Virus record (IMG/VR): IMGVR_UViG_3300037247_001116 | Location: 38,659-102,658 of that record | Length of the DNA stretch: 64,000 bases | Direction: 5' to 3' (one strand) | DNA from: a virus | Part shown: positions 1 to 8,420 of the stretch, in pieces | Position numbering within the stretch: position 1 is the first letter of the stretch | How the letters are laid out: every line of letters starts with the position of its first letter | Program-made: the position numbers and the translations under genes | The notes under the pieces: model-generated | What the model was told of the DNA's origin: nothing | Database searches by the model: none | The model's input: the letters and a program-made list of their open reading frames with translations, nothing else

Positions 1-124
1 TAAAAAATGGAACAGTATTAGAGAAGCAAGCCGAACATTGAATGTAGATAATGCTGATATCACAAAATGTGCAAAAGGTAGAGTAAAATCCGCAGGTGGT
101 TATATTTGGAGGTATTTTAAATGA
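1..124 (+). CDS. 3' end of NUMOD1-domain protein (homing-endonuclease type), partial
   Basis: Frame 2 reads KKWNSIREASRTLNVDNADITKCAKGRVKSAGGYIWRYFK*, a NUMOD1 HTH signature. Confidence 0.8.
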   Translation, partial: KKWNSIREASRTLNVDNADITKCAKGRVKSAGGYIWRYFK

Positions 125-267
125 TTAAATTATTAATTTTAATAGCACTTTGTTACCCTCTTTACCATATGGCTCGTATTTGGTGGATAATAAATAAATG
201 GATTATACCAATTGTTTTAAGTATGTGGCTTATTACTCTATTTTCATGGGTTTTAATAATGAGTTAA
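121..267 (+). CDS. Small hydrophobic membrane protein
   Basis: Manually read 48-aa ORF MIKLLILIALCYPLYHMARIWW...; ATGA overlap with upstream stop. Confidence 0.55.
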   Translation: MIKLLILIALCYPLYHMARIWWIINKWIIPIVLSMWLITLFSWVLIMS

Positions 268-282
268 AATAGGAGATCTAAA

Positions 283-435
283 ATGGATGAGTATGTAAGA
301 ATAATTCAATTAGAAGAAAATATCCTAAGTTTAAATAAACAGTTAGAGAATTTAACAAAAATTAATGGTAAACTATTTAATTACTTTAACGATAAATATC
401 CAGATGAAATGAGAACTTTTTTATTGGAGGAATAA
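283..435 (+). CDS. Hypothetical protein
   Basis: AGGAG RBS at 271; MDEYVRIIQLEENILSLNKQLENL... Confidence 0.6.
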   Translation: MDEYVRIIQLEENILSLNKQLENLTKINGKLFNYFNDKYPDEMRTFLLEE

Positions 436-436
436 A

Positions 437-595
437 ATGACAAGAGAAGATGCTGAAGAAATTATTTATAATTATGAAGAATATGAAGATAAATCTTGCT
501 CATGTCATATGGGCAATCCTCCTTGTTCCAAATGCGTAAATTGTCCTTCAGAAGAAGACTATAGAGAAGCGATCCTTTTTGATTGGAGTAAATAA
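437..595 (+). CDS. Small Cys-rich putative metal-binding protein
   Basis: GGAGG upstream; CSCHMGNPPCSKCVNCP motif. Confidence 0.65.
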   Translation: MTREDAEEIIYNYEEYEDKSCSCHMGNPPCSKCVNCPSEEDYREAILFDWSK

Positions 596-817
596 TCTAT
601 GTTATCCCCACCTTTCTACAATTTATTTCACTATCTTATGACAGGATCGTTCTTTATCCTCTCTATCAACCAAACAACAATGAGAATGAAAGCTATCGGC
701 GTATTGATCACTGTGGTCAATTATTTATTGTTTTTGAAATAGGAGAAAAGCTAATATTCCCTAATTGTATACACTTATTTATATCTATACAAGTTAGGGA
801 AAATAAAAGGAGTGATT

Positions 818-1009
818 ATGGAATATGTCTATTTACAAGGATCTGAGGATGTGCAAAGAGCAGGGAATAATATTGCTAGTTCTGCAAGTCTTATGCAATC
901 GGCTTCAAATAATATTATGGGCGCATTAGAACAGAATCAGCGATTTATGACTGAGTGGCTAGATCGATTTGAAACGGTCTTAAAAGAAAATAAAAGGAGT
1001 CAACTATGA
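818..1009 (+). CDS. Hypothetical protein
   Basis: ORF track; AGGAG RBS before ATG 818. Confidence 0.7.
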   Translation: MEYVYLQGSEDVQRAGNNIASSASLMQSASNNIMGALEQNQRFMTEWLDRFETVLKENKRSQL

Positions 1010-1155
1010 TTAAGGAAGAAAAAGCGAGTATTAATGCTCAATTGATGCTCATTGCTGGCAGAGTAAGCGATCTTGCCAATGAAACGAGCCAAGATGAGGT
1101 ATACGCGATAGTTGAGGAACTACAAGCGGTATATGATAAGATTTTTAATTTGTAA
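1006..1155 (+). CDS. Hypothetical protein
   Basis: AGGAG RBS and ATGA overlap; MIKEEKASINAQLMLIAGRVSDL... Confidence 0.6.
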   Translation: MIKEEKASINAQLMLIAGRVSDLANETSQDEVYAIVEELQAVYDKIFNL

Positions 1156-1254
1156 TTGATTTTGAAATTAATTTCATTTATTTTCAATCGAAATAAAGAA
1201 TTGTAACTCTTACTCTCCCAACTACTTCGATTTTGAATCGGTTTTTCTCCCTCG

Positions 1255-1279
1255 TAAGTCATTGATATAACACGACTTA
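1255..1279. promoter_or_regulatory. 25-bp imperfect palindrome containing an IHF consensus site
   Basis: TAAGTCATTGATA matches YAANNNNTTGATW; TAAGTC...GACTTA inverted ends; sister box at 1368-1392. Confidence 0.55.
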
Positions 1280-1285
1280 AAAAAC

Positions 1286-1314
1286 TTGACACAACCTCTA
1301 AAATATGTTATACT
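1286..1314 (+). promoter_or_regulatory. sigma70-type promoter with extended -10
   Basis: TTGACA-N17-TATACT preceded by TGn. Confidence 0.85.
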
Positions 1315-1425
1315 TAACCGTAAGGCTAAAATAGGGCTTACTCTGTTTTATGTATTTTTATAATTCGTAAACTATTGTAATTAAAGAAGTTAGTGTTTTA
1401 AATTAAATAATTAAAATGGAATCCC

Positions 1426-1473
1426 TAGAGATAAAGCTAATAAAAAGTGATTTATCTCTATATATTTTTTTTT
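1426..1473 (+). terminator. Putative intrinsic terminator
   Basis: TAGAGATAAA...TTTATCTCTA stem followed by TATA and a T run. Confidence 0.5.
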
Positions 1474-1514
1474 ACACTAATAATCAAATTATATGTATAT
1501 TCCGCGTCATTACA

Positions 1515-1543
1515 AGTATAACATATATTTTTAACAATGTCAA
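1515..1543 (-). promoter_or_regulatory. sigma70-type promoter facing the promoter at 1286
   Basis: Reverse complement reads TTGACA-ttgttaaaaatatatgt-TATACT. Confidence 0.8.
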
Positions 1544-1565
1544 GGGGCAACCATAAGGATCATTT

Positions 1566-2357
1566 ATGTGGACTGAAGCAGATTTAAACAAAGAAATAAA
1601 GAGAATCAGCCATTTGGTTCAAAACAAGGATAGGTCTGAAGAAGATCTTTTTCCTTTAGCCAAGATAAATATGATGGTTAGAGATTTTAAGTCCAATTCT
1701 CTTTTCACTGATGCTTCGGAACAAGATCTGGCAATAGAAAAGTTTCGTAGCTATTTGACCAATAATGAAATTGAGTCCAATTCTGATCTTGATACATTGA
1801 GATCTCTTATTTTTAACGAAGTGCTTGAATCAAGAATTCAGAAACAATTTAATAAATTAGCAGAAGAAAAGAAATACCCAACCGATAAACTTATCAAATC
1901 ACTTGTTGACATTCAGGATCAAAAAAGTGCGCTAAAAATAAAACTTGGTATTGATAAGAAAGCAGATGAAGTCGATGATTTAAGTGCTTATCAACTTTTA
2001 CATAAAAGAGTAGATAAATATGTGAATGACCACAAAGATGAGTTCACTATAGGTTTGGGCTTTGAATGCGAAAAATGCTCCCACCAAAATTGGGAAACAT
2101 TTCTGCTTTATAAAAGAGTCAAAGATTTTAAGATGATCAAGCATGGTTGGTTTGCAGGTCGTTTTCTTTTCAACTATGAACTAATGCTAGATGTCAAAAA
2201 CAAAAAGATTTCGAAAGAACAGGCGACACGCTATTTAATGTGTAGCGGTCAGGGTAAATTTTATCGACCTCAAGCCGAAGACAAAAAATGGTGCAACGAC
2301 TACGTTGATTATTTATTAGAAAATTGGCTTGAAATAACAGAATTGTTACCGAAATAA
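1566..2357 (+). CDS. Probable terminase small subunit
   Basis: Helical 263-aa ORF first in the packaging block; CEKC motif; call by synteny. Confidence 0.5.
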   Translation: MWTEADLNKEIKRISHLVQNKDRSEEDLFPLAKINMMVRDFKSNSLFTDASEQDLAIEKFRSYLTNNEIESNSDLDTLRSLIFNEVLESRIQKQFNKLAEEKKYPTDKLIKSLVDIQDQKSALKIKLGIDKKADEVDDLSAYQLLHKRVDKYVNDHKDEFTIGLGFECEKCSHQNWETFLLYKRVKDFKMIKHGWFAGRFLFNYELMLDVKNKKISKEQATRYLMCSGQGKFYRPQAEDKKWCNDYVDYLLENWLEITELLPK

Positions 2358-3118
2358 TGCAAAATAAAACTTGTACAAAATGTAATGATGAAAAAGAGAT
2401 TTCTGAATTCAACAAACAATGTTCTCACAAAGACGGTCATAGGTCTGCTTGCAAAAAGTGTATGAGAGAATATAGAGATAACAATAAAGAAAAAATCAAA
2501 AAGCAACAACAAACCTATCATATAAATAACAAAGAATATGTGTCACAAAAACAGAGTCGGTATAGAGAAATAAACAAAGAAAAAATTTCTAAACAGAAAC
2601 AATTGTTTTCTAAAAATAATTCTGAAAAAATAAAAATTCGTGGGCAAAATTATTATTTAAAAAATAAATCTATAATTAATAAAAAATCCAAAGATTATTA
2701 TTTAAAAAATAAAGGAAAACTTTTAGATTATCAATCGAATTATAACAAGAATAATCGAGAAACAATTTCGCAATATCAGAAACATTGGCAAAAATTAAAA
2801 AGAGATACTGATATTTCTTTTAAACTCAAATCAAATTTAAGAACTAGAATTCATCATGCGATTGAGGGCAACATCAAATCTCTCAGAACAATGTTTCTTA
2901 TTGGTTGTGAGGTTGATTATCTCATGTATCATCTTCAAGAACAATTTCAACCTGGCATGTCTTGGGATAATTATGGCGATTGGCATGTAGACCACATCAA
3001 ACCATGTGCAAGATTTGATTTAAGCAAACCCGAAGAACAACTAAAATGTTTTCGCTACACAAATCTTCAGCCCCTGTGGTCTGAAGATAATTTAAGAAAA
3101 GGCTCAAAATATGCGTGA
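2357..3118 (+). CDS. HNH-type homing endonuclease
   Basis: N-terminal CxxC...CxxC, Lys/Tyr/Asn repeats, C-terminal WHVDHIKP...TNLQPLWSEDNLRKG. Confidence 0.85.
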   Translation: MQNKTCTKCNDEKEISEFNKQCSHKDGHRSACKKCMREYRDNNKEKIKKQQQTYHINNKEYVSQKQSRYREINKEKISKQKQLFSKNNSEKIKIRGQNYYLKNKSIINKKSKDYYLKNKGKLLDYQSNYNKNNRETISQYQKHWQKLKRDTDISFKLKSNLRTRIHHAIEGNIKSLRTMFLIGCEVDYLMYHLQEQFQPGMSWDNYGDWHVDHIKPCARFDLSKPEEQLKCFRYTNLQPLWSEDNLRKGSKYA

Positions 3119-4754
3119 GAACATTACAGAGAGTCAAATTTCGTTTATCTGCGGTCTTCATGATCCAGTGTGCGTGAAGGAGAGCTTGTACCCTGAGAAC
3201 CTGAAGGCATGTCATACTTGGATTGAACCTGATTGCAAGCTTTTCACGATAAGGAATTACCAGCGCGCATGGCAACCTTATAATTGGCTACTTTGTGATG
3301 ACACTTCTTTAAGGAAAGAACAAAACTTAAAGAAAAAAATATTAGCTGGTAAATGCTATAATTTAGGGGCAAGAGATATAGGAAAGTCATATGACTTTGT
3401 TCAAGCAGATTTTCCGTTACATATTGTTTTAAATCCAGGCAAAGAGAGTTGTTTGATTTCTGCAACTTCAGGATTTTTACAAAAAGTAGCAAGTCCTATT
3501 TTAAACATTTTCCGTGACCATGCCTTCTTCAAACTATTTCAGAAGAAAGGCAAGTCTCAAGGTATTAAAGCTGGCGAAAATATGGAGATACAAGCCAGGA
3601 CAGGTCATACTTGGTATGGTCGAAATGAAAAAATCAGTGACCCCGAACCAGGACAAAAAGTACAGGGTCTTCATTACGAGATACTTGGATATGAAGAATA
3701 TTCATATGCTACATCAAAGGGCGAAGAAAAAAGGATTGACTCTGGAACTTCGGTTGGCGAAATAGAAAGATTTAGTGGCATCCCTGATATTCGTATTGAT
3801 TCTCCCCTTGGCGATGTCTTTAACGATGAACAGAATAAAAAATTTATTTGTCGTCTTCCTCAATACGTACGCGAGGATTGGAGCGAAGCACAAAAAAAGA
3901 AAAGAGCCGATAAATATAAAGGCGAATCTTCTCTTGCCTTCAAATTAAATGTTATTGGCGAAAAACAAGAAGGTGCATTCGGGTTTTGGGATATTCCAAA
4001 AATCAAAGAAGCTTGTCTTGTAAAATCGAAACTAATAAAACAATTTGATATTGACGAAAAAAGATTCAAGAATTTTGAGAAGTATTTAGTTATTGACAGA
4101 TTGCCAGCCCAACAAATTTATATGTGTGCTGATATTGGTGCTGGTGCAAGACCAACAGAAATAGCGATTTTATTCTTTAACGGCACTCATTATGAATTGA
4201 CTTACAACGTCACATTGAATATCAAATCAAGTCAAGCACAAGCAGAGGTTTTTGCTTATATTTATAAACAATTGGGTGGAGCTTTTGTTGGTATTGATGC
4301 TACGACAGATTACGGTATTGCTGAAAGATTAAAGAATGATTACGATTTTATAAAACCTGAACATATTTTTGCTATTGATTTGCGGAAAAATATTCCAGTC
4401 GCATACGAAAGACATCCTGATAAAAAAGATGGCACACCTGGATTAATAAAAAGAAACCGTGATGGTTCTCCGATTATCAAATATATGATCGCGATAGATT
4501 TTGCAATGACACAGTTAGAAGATTTGTTGTACAATGGAAAAATAAAAGTTCCTTTAGATAATAAATTTTTCAAAGAGTTTTCGGATTTTCTTGTATTACA
4601 ATCAAAGATAAGAAAAACATACGATACATCAAGCACAGACGATTATCACCAAGCATTTCAGATTTTTGCCATCGTAAGACACGAATATGAGTGGCAACAG
4701 TTAATTAATATGAATAACACAGACACAAGCTCTGGTTGTTTAGGCTCAATTTAA
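3111..4754 (+). CDS. Terminase large subunit
   Basis: Walker A-like GARDIGKS, Walker B-like LGYEE, nuclease MCADIG and TDD; upstream of portal. Confidence 0.8.
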   Translation: MRENITESQISFICGLHDPVCVKESLYPENLKACHTWIEPDCKLFTIRNYQRAWQPYNWLLCDDTSLRKEQNLKKKILAGKCYNLGARDIGKSYDFVQADFPLHIVLNPGKESCLISATSGFLQKVASPILNIFRDHAFFKLFQKKGKSQGIKAGENMEIQARTGHTWYGRNEKISDPEPGQKVQGLHYEILGYEEYSYATSKGEEKRIDSGTSVGEIERFSGIPDIRIDSPLGDVFNDEQNKKFICRLPQYVREDWSEAQKKKRADKYKGESSLAFKLNVIGEKQEGAFGFWDIPKIKEACLVKSKLIKQFDIDEKRFKNFEKYLVIDRLPAQQIYMCADIGAGARPTEIAILFFNGTHYELTYNVTLNIKSSQAQAEVFAYIYKQLGGAFVGIDATTDYGIAERLKNDYDFIKPEHIFAIDLRKNIPVAYERHPDKKDGTPGLIKRNRDGSPIIKYMIAIDFAMTQLEDLLYNGKIKVPLDNKFFKEFSDFLVLQSKIRKTYDTSSTDDYHQAFQIFAIVRHEYEWQQLINMNNTDTSSGCLGSI

Positions 4755-4766
4755 TAAGGAGAAAGA

Positions 4767-6758
4767 ATGTCACTTCCAATCACATCATTTTCAGAAATAT
4801 TTAATTCATTGAGAAAACTTCGATCTAATATAAAAGTTGCTTGTGGATTTTCTAATCAAGTGACTCAGGTTGATACTATTTTAGACAATGACAAAACAGG
4901 AATGGTATCGCCTATTTATAATTTCATGGTTCAGGCGGCAACGGTTCCAATGAAGATAGAAACAGGCAATGAAACACTGAATGAAGTTTTACATATTTGG
5001 CAAACCAAAGTTTTAAACCGCAATACTAACATAGCTATTCAAAGCGGATTAAGAGCATTATCTACAGAAAATTTTAGGGAACGATGGCGCAGTTCTTTGC
5101 TGGGTTTGAATGTTCAGTGGGGCGAAGAGGATTTTGGCGGGAACACAGGCAAATGGATTGTTCCAAAACGGATGTGGTTTTTTAATGGCGGAGCAATCAG
5201 GACAGAAGAAGGTAAATCATTAGATGTTCGCAAATTTTATTTAAAGGTTAGTAAAAAGAAAGATGAAGACATAGAATTAAGGTCTGTCTTAAACAAATCG
5301 ATATATATTCGCAGACCATTCACGGCGTTGCATAAAGATGAGGTTGTTCCTTATTTTACTCAAAGAGGAACAGTTTTTAATGCATTATATAAAAGTTCTA
5401 TTACTCAAAAACAATCCGATGTAATCGAAAGTTTAATTCCTCTTATCTTAAAATTACAGGCTGGCAGTGATGATTTGATGAAACAAGGGATTAAACCTTC
5501 CAAAGAGGATTTTGATGATTTAAAGAAACAACTCACCGATGCATATGATAACTATCGGGAAACAGGAAACGTAAGTGATTTAATTGCTTCATTAAGACAT
5601 GATGTAAATTTAGATTATTTAATTCCTGATTTAACAAAGATTTTTAGTGACGGAATTAGTAAATCTGTTAATAGAGATTTAATGTCTTCTTTGGGCATGA
5701 TTGAACTTCAGGGGTTTGGTACGCGCCAGGAAGCAATGTTGAATCCAAAAGTAATGATTGAAGAAGTAGTTGATGCGGTAAAAGATTGGTCAGATTTACT
5801 TCACGAAGTCATGCTTGATATGCTTCAGAGAAATGAAGCGACACATCCTACTTTGGCTAATGCCGACGTTCAGATTATCCCTGGTATTATTCAGGCGTTC
5901 CTCACAGACGAAATGAGAGCAATGATTCGCTCAATGTATGATAGAGGCGACATTTCGCGTCAAAGCGGCGTAGAAGAAACCACAGGTCTTGATTTTGAAA
6001 CACAGGTTCAGCGCATTATTAAAGAGAAGGAAAGGGGCTTAGACAAGATTTGCAAGCCGCCTGTTATACAGAATCTTGAGCAATATTTAGATCCTATTGT
6101 TGATAATACCAACTTGGAAGACCAGGGGAAAAAACCTGGAACGCCCGAAGCCGATAATTTCAACAAGGCTATTTTAGAAAATTACAAAAGTATTTTGGAA
6201 CAAAAGAAAAAGGCTAAGTCAGATGAAATAAAAGCAACAAAAGAACCTGAAGTGGAAACCTCTCCTTTTGAGAATATTGACTCTTTACCGAAAGAATTAA
6301 AGGATGCTTTGCCTGTCGGCGCAAGACTTATTTGGACAAAAGAATTCAACGATGCATTTAAGTTATCTGCGGATAAAGAACTTGCATGTCAATCTGCTTG
6401 GTCAAAAGTAGATGAGAAGTATGAAAAAACTCCTGATGAAGAAAAATGGGTAAAAAAGGCTAGTATCGAATCGCACAAAGATTATATGTCTTCCGCAACA
6501 TTCAAGTTTTTTGAAGAAATTTATAAATCAGCATTGATCAACAGTAAATCAACAGAAAATGCTATAGAAACTGCATTGGCGATCACAGAAAAGGTTTCTA
6601 ATAAAAACAAAAATGGTATTTTGGTTAAAGATAAAAAAATTACGAAGGCTCAACTTAAAAAATTAGATGATTCCAATGTAATTGATGCCCTTTTGAACCT
6701 TGAGTTACGAGAGAAAAAACTTGACTTGCTCAATAAACTCTTAAAATCGGAAGAATAA
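4767..6758 (+). CDS. Portal protein with C-terminal ChaB-like domains
   Basis: Follows TerL; C-terminus LPKELKDALPVGARLIWTKEFNDAF...AWSKVDEKYEK resembles ChaB. Confidence 0.7.
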   Translation: MSLPITSFSEIFNSLRKLRSNIKVACGFSNQVTQVDTILDNDKTGMVSPIYNFMVQAATVPMKIETGNETLNEVLHIWQTKVLNRNTNIAIQSGLRALSTENFRERWRSSLLGLNVQWGEEDFGGNTGKWIVPKRMWFFNGGAIRTEEGKSLDVRKFYLKVSKKKDEDIELRSVLNKSIYIRRPFTALHKDEVVPYFTQRGTVFNALYKSSITQKQSDVIESLIPLILKLQAGSDDLMKQGIKPSKEDFDDLKKQLTDAYDNYRETGNVSDLIASLRHDVNLDYLIPDLTKIFSDGISKSVNRDLMSSLGMIELQGFGTRQEAMLNPKVMIEEVVDAVKDWSDLLHEVMLDMLQRNEATHPTLANADVQIIPGIIQAFLTDEMRAMIRSMYDRGDISRQSGVEETTGLDFETQVQRIIKEKERGLDKICKPPVIQNLEQYLDPIVDNTNLEDQGKKPGTPEADNFNKAILENYKSILEQKKKAKSDEIKATKEPEVETSPFENIDSLPKELKDALPVGARLIWTKEFNDAFKLSADKELACQSAWSKVDEKYEKTPDEEKWVKKASIESHKDYMSSATFKFFEEIYKSALINSKSTENAIETALAITEKVSNKNKNGILVKDKKITKAQLKKLDDSNVIDALLNLELREKKLDLLNKLLKSEE

Positions 6759-6761
6759 ACT

Positions 6762-7070
6762 ATGAAAGATTTCAAGCTGTATTTAGACAAGACACTACAA
6801 ATCCCTGCTGGCGACCCTATTGAATTAGGGAAACTCAAAGCTGGGGAAACCAAGAAATATAAATATTATATTTATAATTCAAGCGTCTTCCCTTATGAAG
6901 AAATCAAGTATGAGTTTGATGCCAACGATGTAAAAGTTTTAAAAGCACCATCTGAATTATCCGAGAAGGGAAGCACAGAATTCGTTATTGAATGGAAGCC
7001 AAAAGTTGATGTTGAAAAGGGTTTAAAAACAACTTTAGAAATTGACGGCTACCGCGTTATAAAGGGATAA
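6762..7070 (+). CDS. Ig-like beta-sandwich virion protein
   Basis: IELGKLKAGET...YIYN...APSEL...FVIEWKP pattern. Confidence 0.5.
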   Translation: MKDFKLYLDKTLQIPAGDPIELGKLKAGETKKYKYYIYNSSVFPYEEIKYEFDANDVKVLKAPSELSEKGSTEFVIEWKPKVDVEKGLKTTLEIDGYRVIKG

Positions 7071-7071
7071 A

Positions 7072-8418
7072 ATGCCATTTCTTAAAAAAAGCAATAATGC
7101 TCAATCAACTATCAATCAAGTGGGTGGTCTTACCCTTTTAGACACAGAGTTAATTGTAACAGATGCTTCCAGTTTTCCAGCAACAGGTGACTTTTTACTG
7201 ACGGTTTGGAATAGTGAAACACATCCTGACCCAACTGATGATGTCGGCAGAGAAATTATTTTAGTAACTGCTGTGGCTGGAAACACATTTACAATAGTAC
7301 GTGGTCAAGAAGACACAGTTGCCAGTTTACATGCTAACGGCACAATTGTTGCAATGCTTATTACAGCAGGTACATTTGAGGAAATTGAACAAGCAATACC
7401 AGCTAGTAGTCATGATCAAAATACTGATACGATTTTACAAACAGCAGGACTCATACTAGACCAGAGCCAATTACTTTTTGATACAGATGCAAAGTTCTAT
7501 AACACTAATACAGGCGTTCAAATCGCTCAATCTTTCATACCTGCTAACTCTGGAAATTTATCAAGGATTATTGTAAAGGTATTTAGAGCAAGTGGTGGCG
7601 CAAACGATCTTATTGTAGAATTAAGAGGAACTTCGGCTGGTCTGCCTACGGCGGGAGTTTTGGCGACAGAAACAATTCTAGCATCATCGTTAGAACAAGG
7701 CGAATGGGTAGATTTAACGATAGATTTTTCTTCCCCATTTTCGGTGACGACTGGAACTACTTACGCTGTTGTTTTTAGACAAGAAGGAAGTGAACAATAT
7801 TATTTTGAAAATGAGCCGTTTGTAAACCCTTATCCTAATGGATCAGCTCAAGTAAAAACTGGTGCAGGTGCTTGGATACCCGATGTGGCAGATGATCTTT
7901 ATTTTCAGATTTTTACCTTTATTGATGCCACCGATTTAATCAACAATGGAACTTTAAAAAGTGATTTAGATGCTGATGGAGGAATTCTAGTTGATGGTCG
8001 TGACCTATCAGTTGATGGCGCGGCACAAGATTCGCATATTGCTGATCAAAACAACCCTCATAATGTTAGCAAAACAAATGTCGGGTTAAGCAATGTTCCA
8101 GATTTAGACACAACTGATGCTGTCAACCATGTTTCTGATACAAATAATCCACATGGCGTTGAGGCTGACCAGATAGCGACTGATGATAGCGGTGTTACAG
8201 TTCAAGAAGCCTTAGATGCTTTAGAGGCTGGCGGAGGACAACTTGAAAGTTTGATGGCACAAGATATAGATGGAGATTTAAGACCGATTGATGATTATAT
8301 TCTTCAAGGCGGAAGCTTTGAATTAGATTCAAACTATGCTTTACAACCAAAAACTACTATTGAAGAAGATTTGTTTTTTGAATATGATATTAATAACGAT
8401 TTAATACCAAAGGAATAA
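7072..8418 (+). CDS. Fibre/appendage structural protein
   Basis: Acidic Thr/Gly-rich; VRGQEDT N-terminal motif; AQSF carbohydrate-binding-like domain; NPHxV repeats. Confidence 0.65.
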   Translation: MPFLKKSNNAQSTINQVGGLTLLDTELIVTDASSFPATGDFLLTVWNSETHPDPTDDVGREIILVTAVAGNTFTIVRGQEDTVASLHANGTIVAMLITAGTFEEIEQAIPASSHDQNTDTILQTAGLILDQSQLLFDTDAKFYNTNTGVQIAQSFIPANSGNLSRIIVKVFRASGGANDLIVELRGTSAGLPTAGVLATETILASSLEQGEWVDLTIDFSSPFSVTTGTTYAVVFRQEGSEQYYFENEPFVNPYPNGSAQVKTGAGAWIPDVADDLYFQIFTFIDATDLINNGTLKSDLDADGGILVDGRDLSVDGAAQDSHIADQNNPHNVSKTNVGLSNVPDLDTTDAVNHVSDTNNPHGVEADQIATDDSGVTVQEALDALEAGGGQLESLMAQDIDGDLRPIDDYILQGGSFELDSNYALQPKTTIEEDLFFEYDINNDLIPKE

Positions 8419-8420
8419 AA

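Noticed and set aside
2357-3118. HNH gene as an intron or intein splitting the terminase
   Set aside because: Free-standing ORF overlapping the neighbouring stop and start, leaving no room for intron structure
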